Positions 63,544 to 64,000 of a stretch of DNA of 64,000 bases are shown here, one piece after another. The notes below the pieces were generated by a model, which had not been told where the DNA came from, made no database searches, and saw only the letters and a program-made list of their open reading frames with translations. A program made the translations under genes and the position numbers. This stretch comes from Nemertoderma westbladi (Eukaryota; Animalia; Xenacoelomorpha): positions 124,001 to 188,000 of the forward strand of contig JAUCBJ010006962.1 of the NCBI GenBank assembly GCA_032718475.1, given 5' to 3'. Every line of letters starts with the position of its first letter. Within the stretch, counting starts at the first letter, position 1.

Positions 63544-64000
63544 TGTTACGGTATATGGCGCTGTATCCACATTGTTCGCCGTTGTACTGTATACACGACA
63601 TTGGTTATTATGCAGTACACATTATTAGCCATTATACAGTATAATATATTAGTCCGTTATACTGTACGCAATATTAGTCCGTCATGCAGTATAATTATTT
63701 AGATAAGACATAATAGCGCAGTGACATTTAGATAAGGAAATTGAAACGCCCATATATTTTGAACTCATCCGTTTTGTTATAGTATGTAGCCCTACCTAGG
63801 TAATTTTGTAATATGATATAAGTAGATAGTTCCAGGGTAGCAAGTTCAGTTGGACCCTGGATTTCGGGCTTGCTGTTATTAGCCTTGATGGGCTAGCTAT
63901 CACGGGTTTGATTTCTTTATAATCGCGCTAAATTAACTTTTGTGCATCATGTTATTAGTGCCACTAAATTAAGCATCGGCAAAATTACCTTATATGGTGA
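63544..64000 (+). repeat. Start of an LTR related to element B; diverges after ~63890
   Basis: TGTTACGGTATATGGCGCTGTA start and ~300 bp similarity to 18379-18700. Confidence 0.85.

Overview
Eukaryotic (probably invertebrate animal) DNA that is almost entirely nested transposable elements. It holds three BEL/Pao LTR retrotransposons: element A (1-7076, gag-protease only), a decayed gag remnant (7077-10330), and element B (18379-38294, ~19.9 kb, TSD CAATG, with a large extra ORF after pol). A related LTR starts at 63544. There are also RTE, RTEX-like and Rex1-like LINEs, AcademX DNA transposon pieces including a TSD-bounded copy with ~1.15 kb TIRs, piggyBac-type non-autonomous elements, two families of asymmetric non-autonomous elements with 3-bp shared ends, and one semaphorin-like ORF. 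Main finding: neither BEL element has a tRNA-type TGG primer-binding site. In both, the 10 nt abutting the 5' LTR are exactly complementary to a segment of the element's own LTR, the geometry of Tf1-type self-primed reverse transcription. All comparisons were made by eye and no database searches were run.
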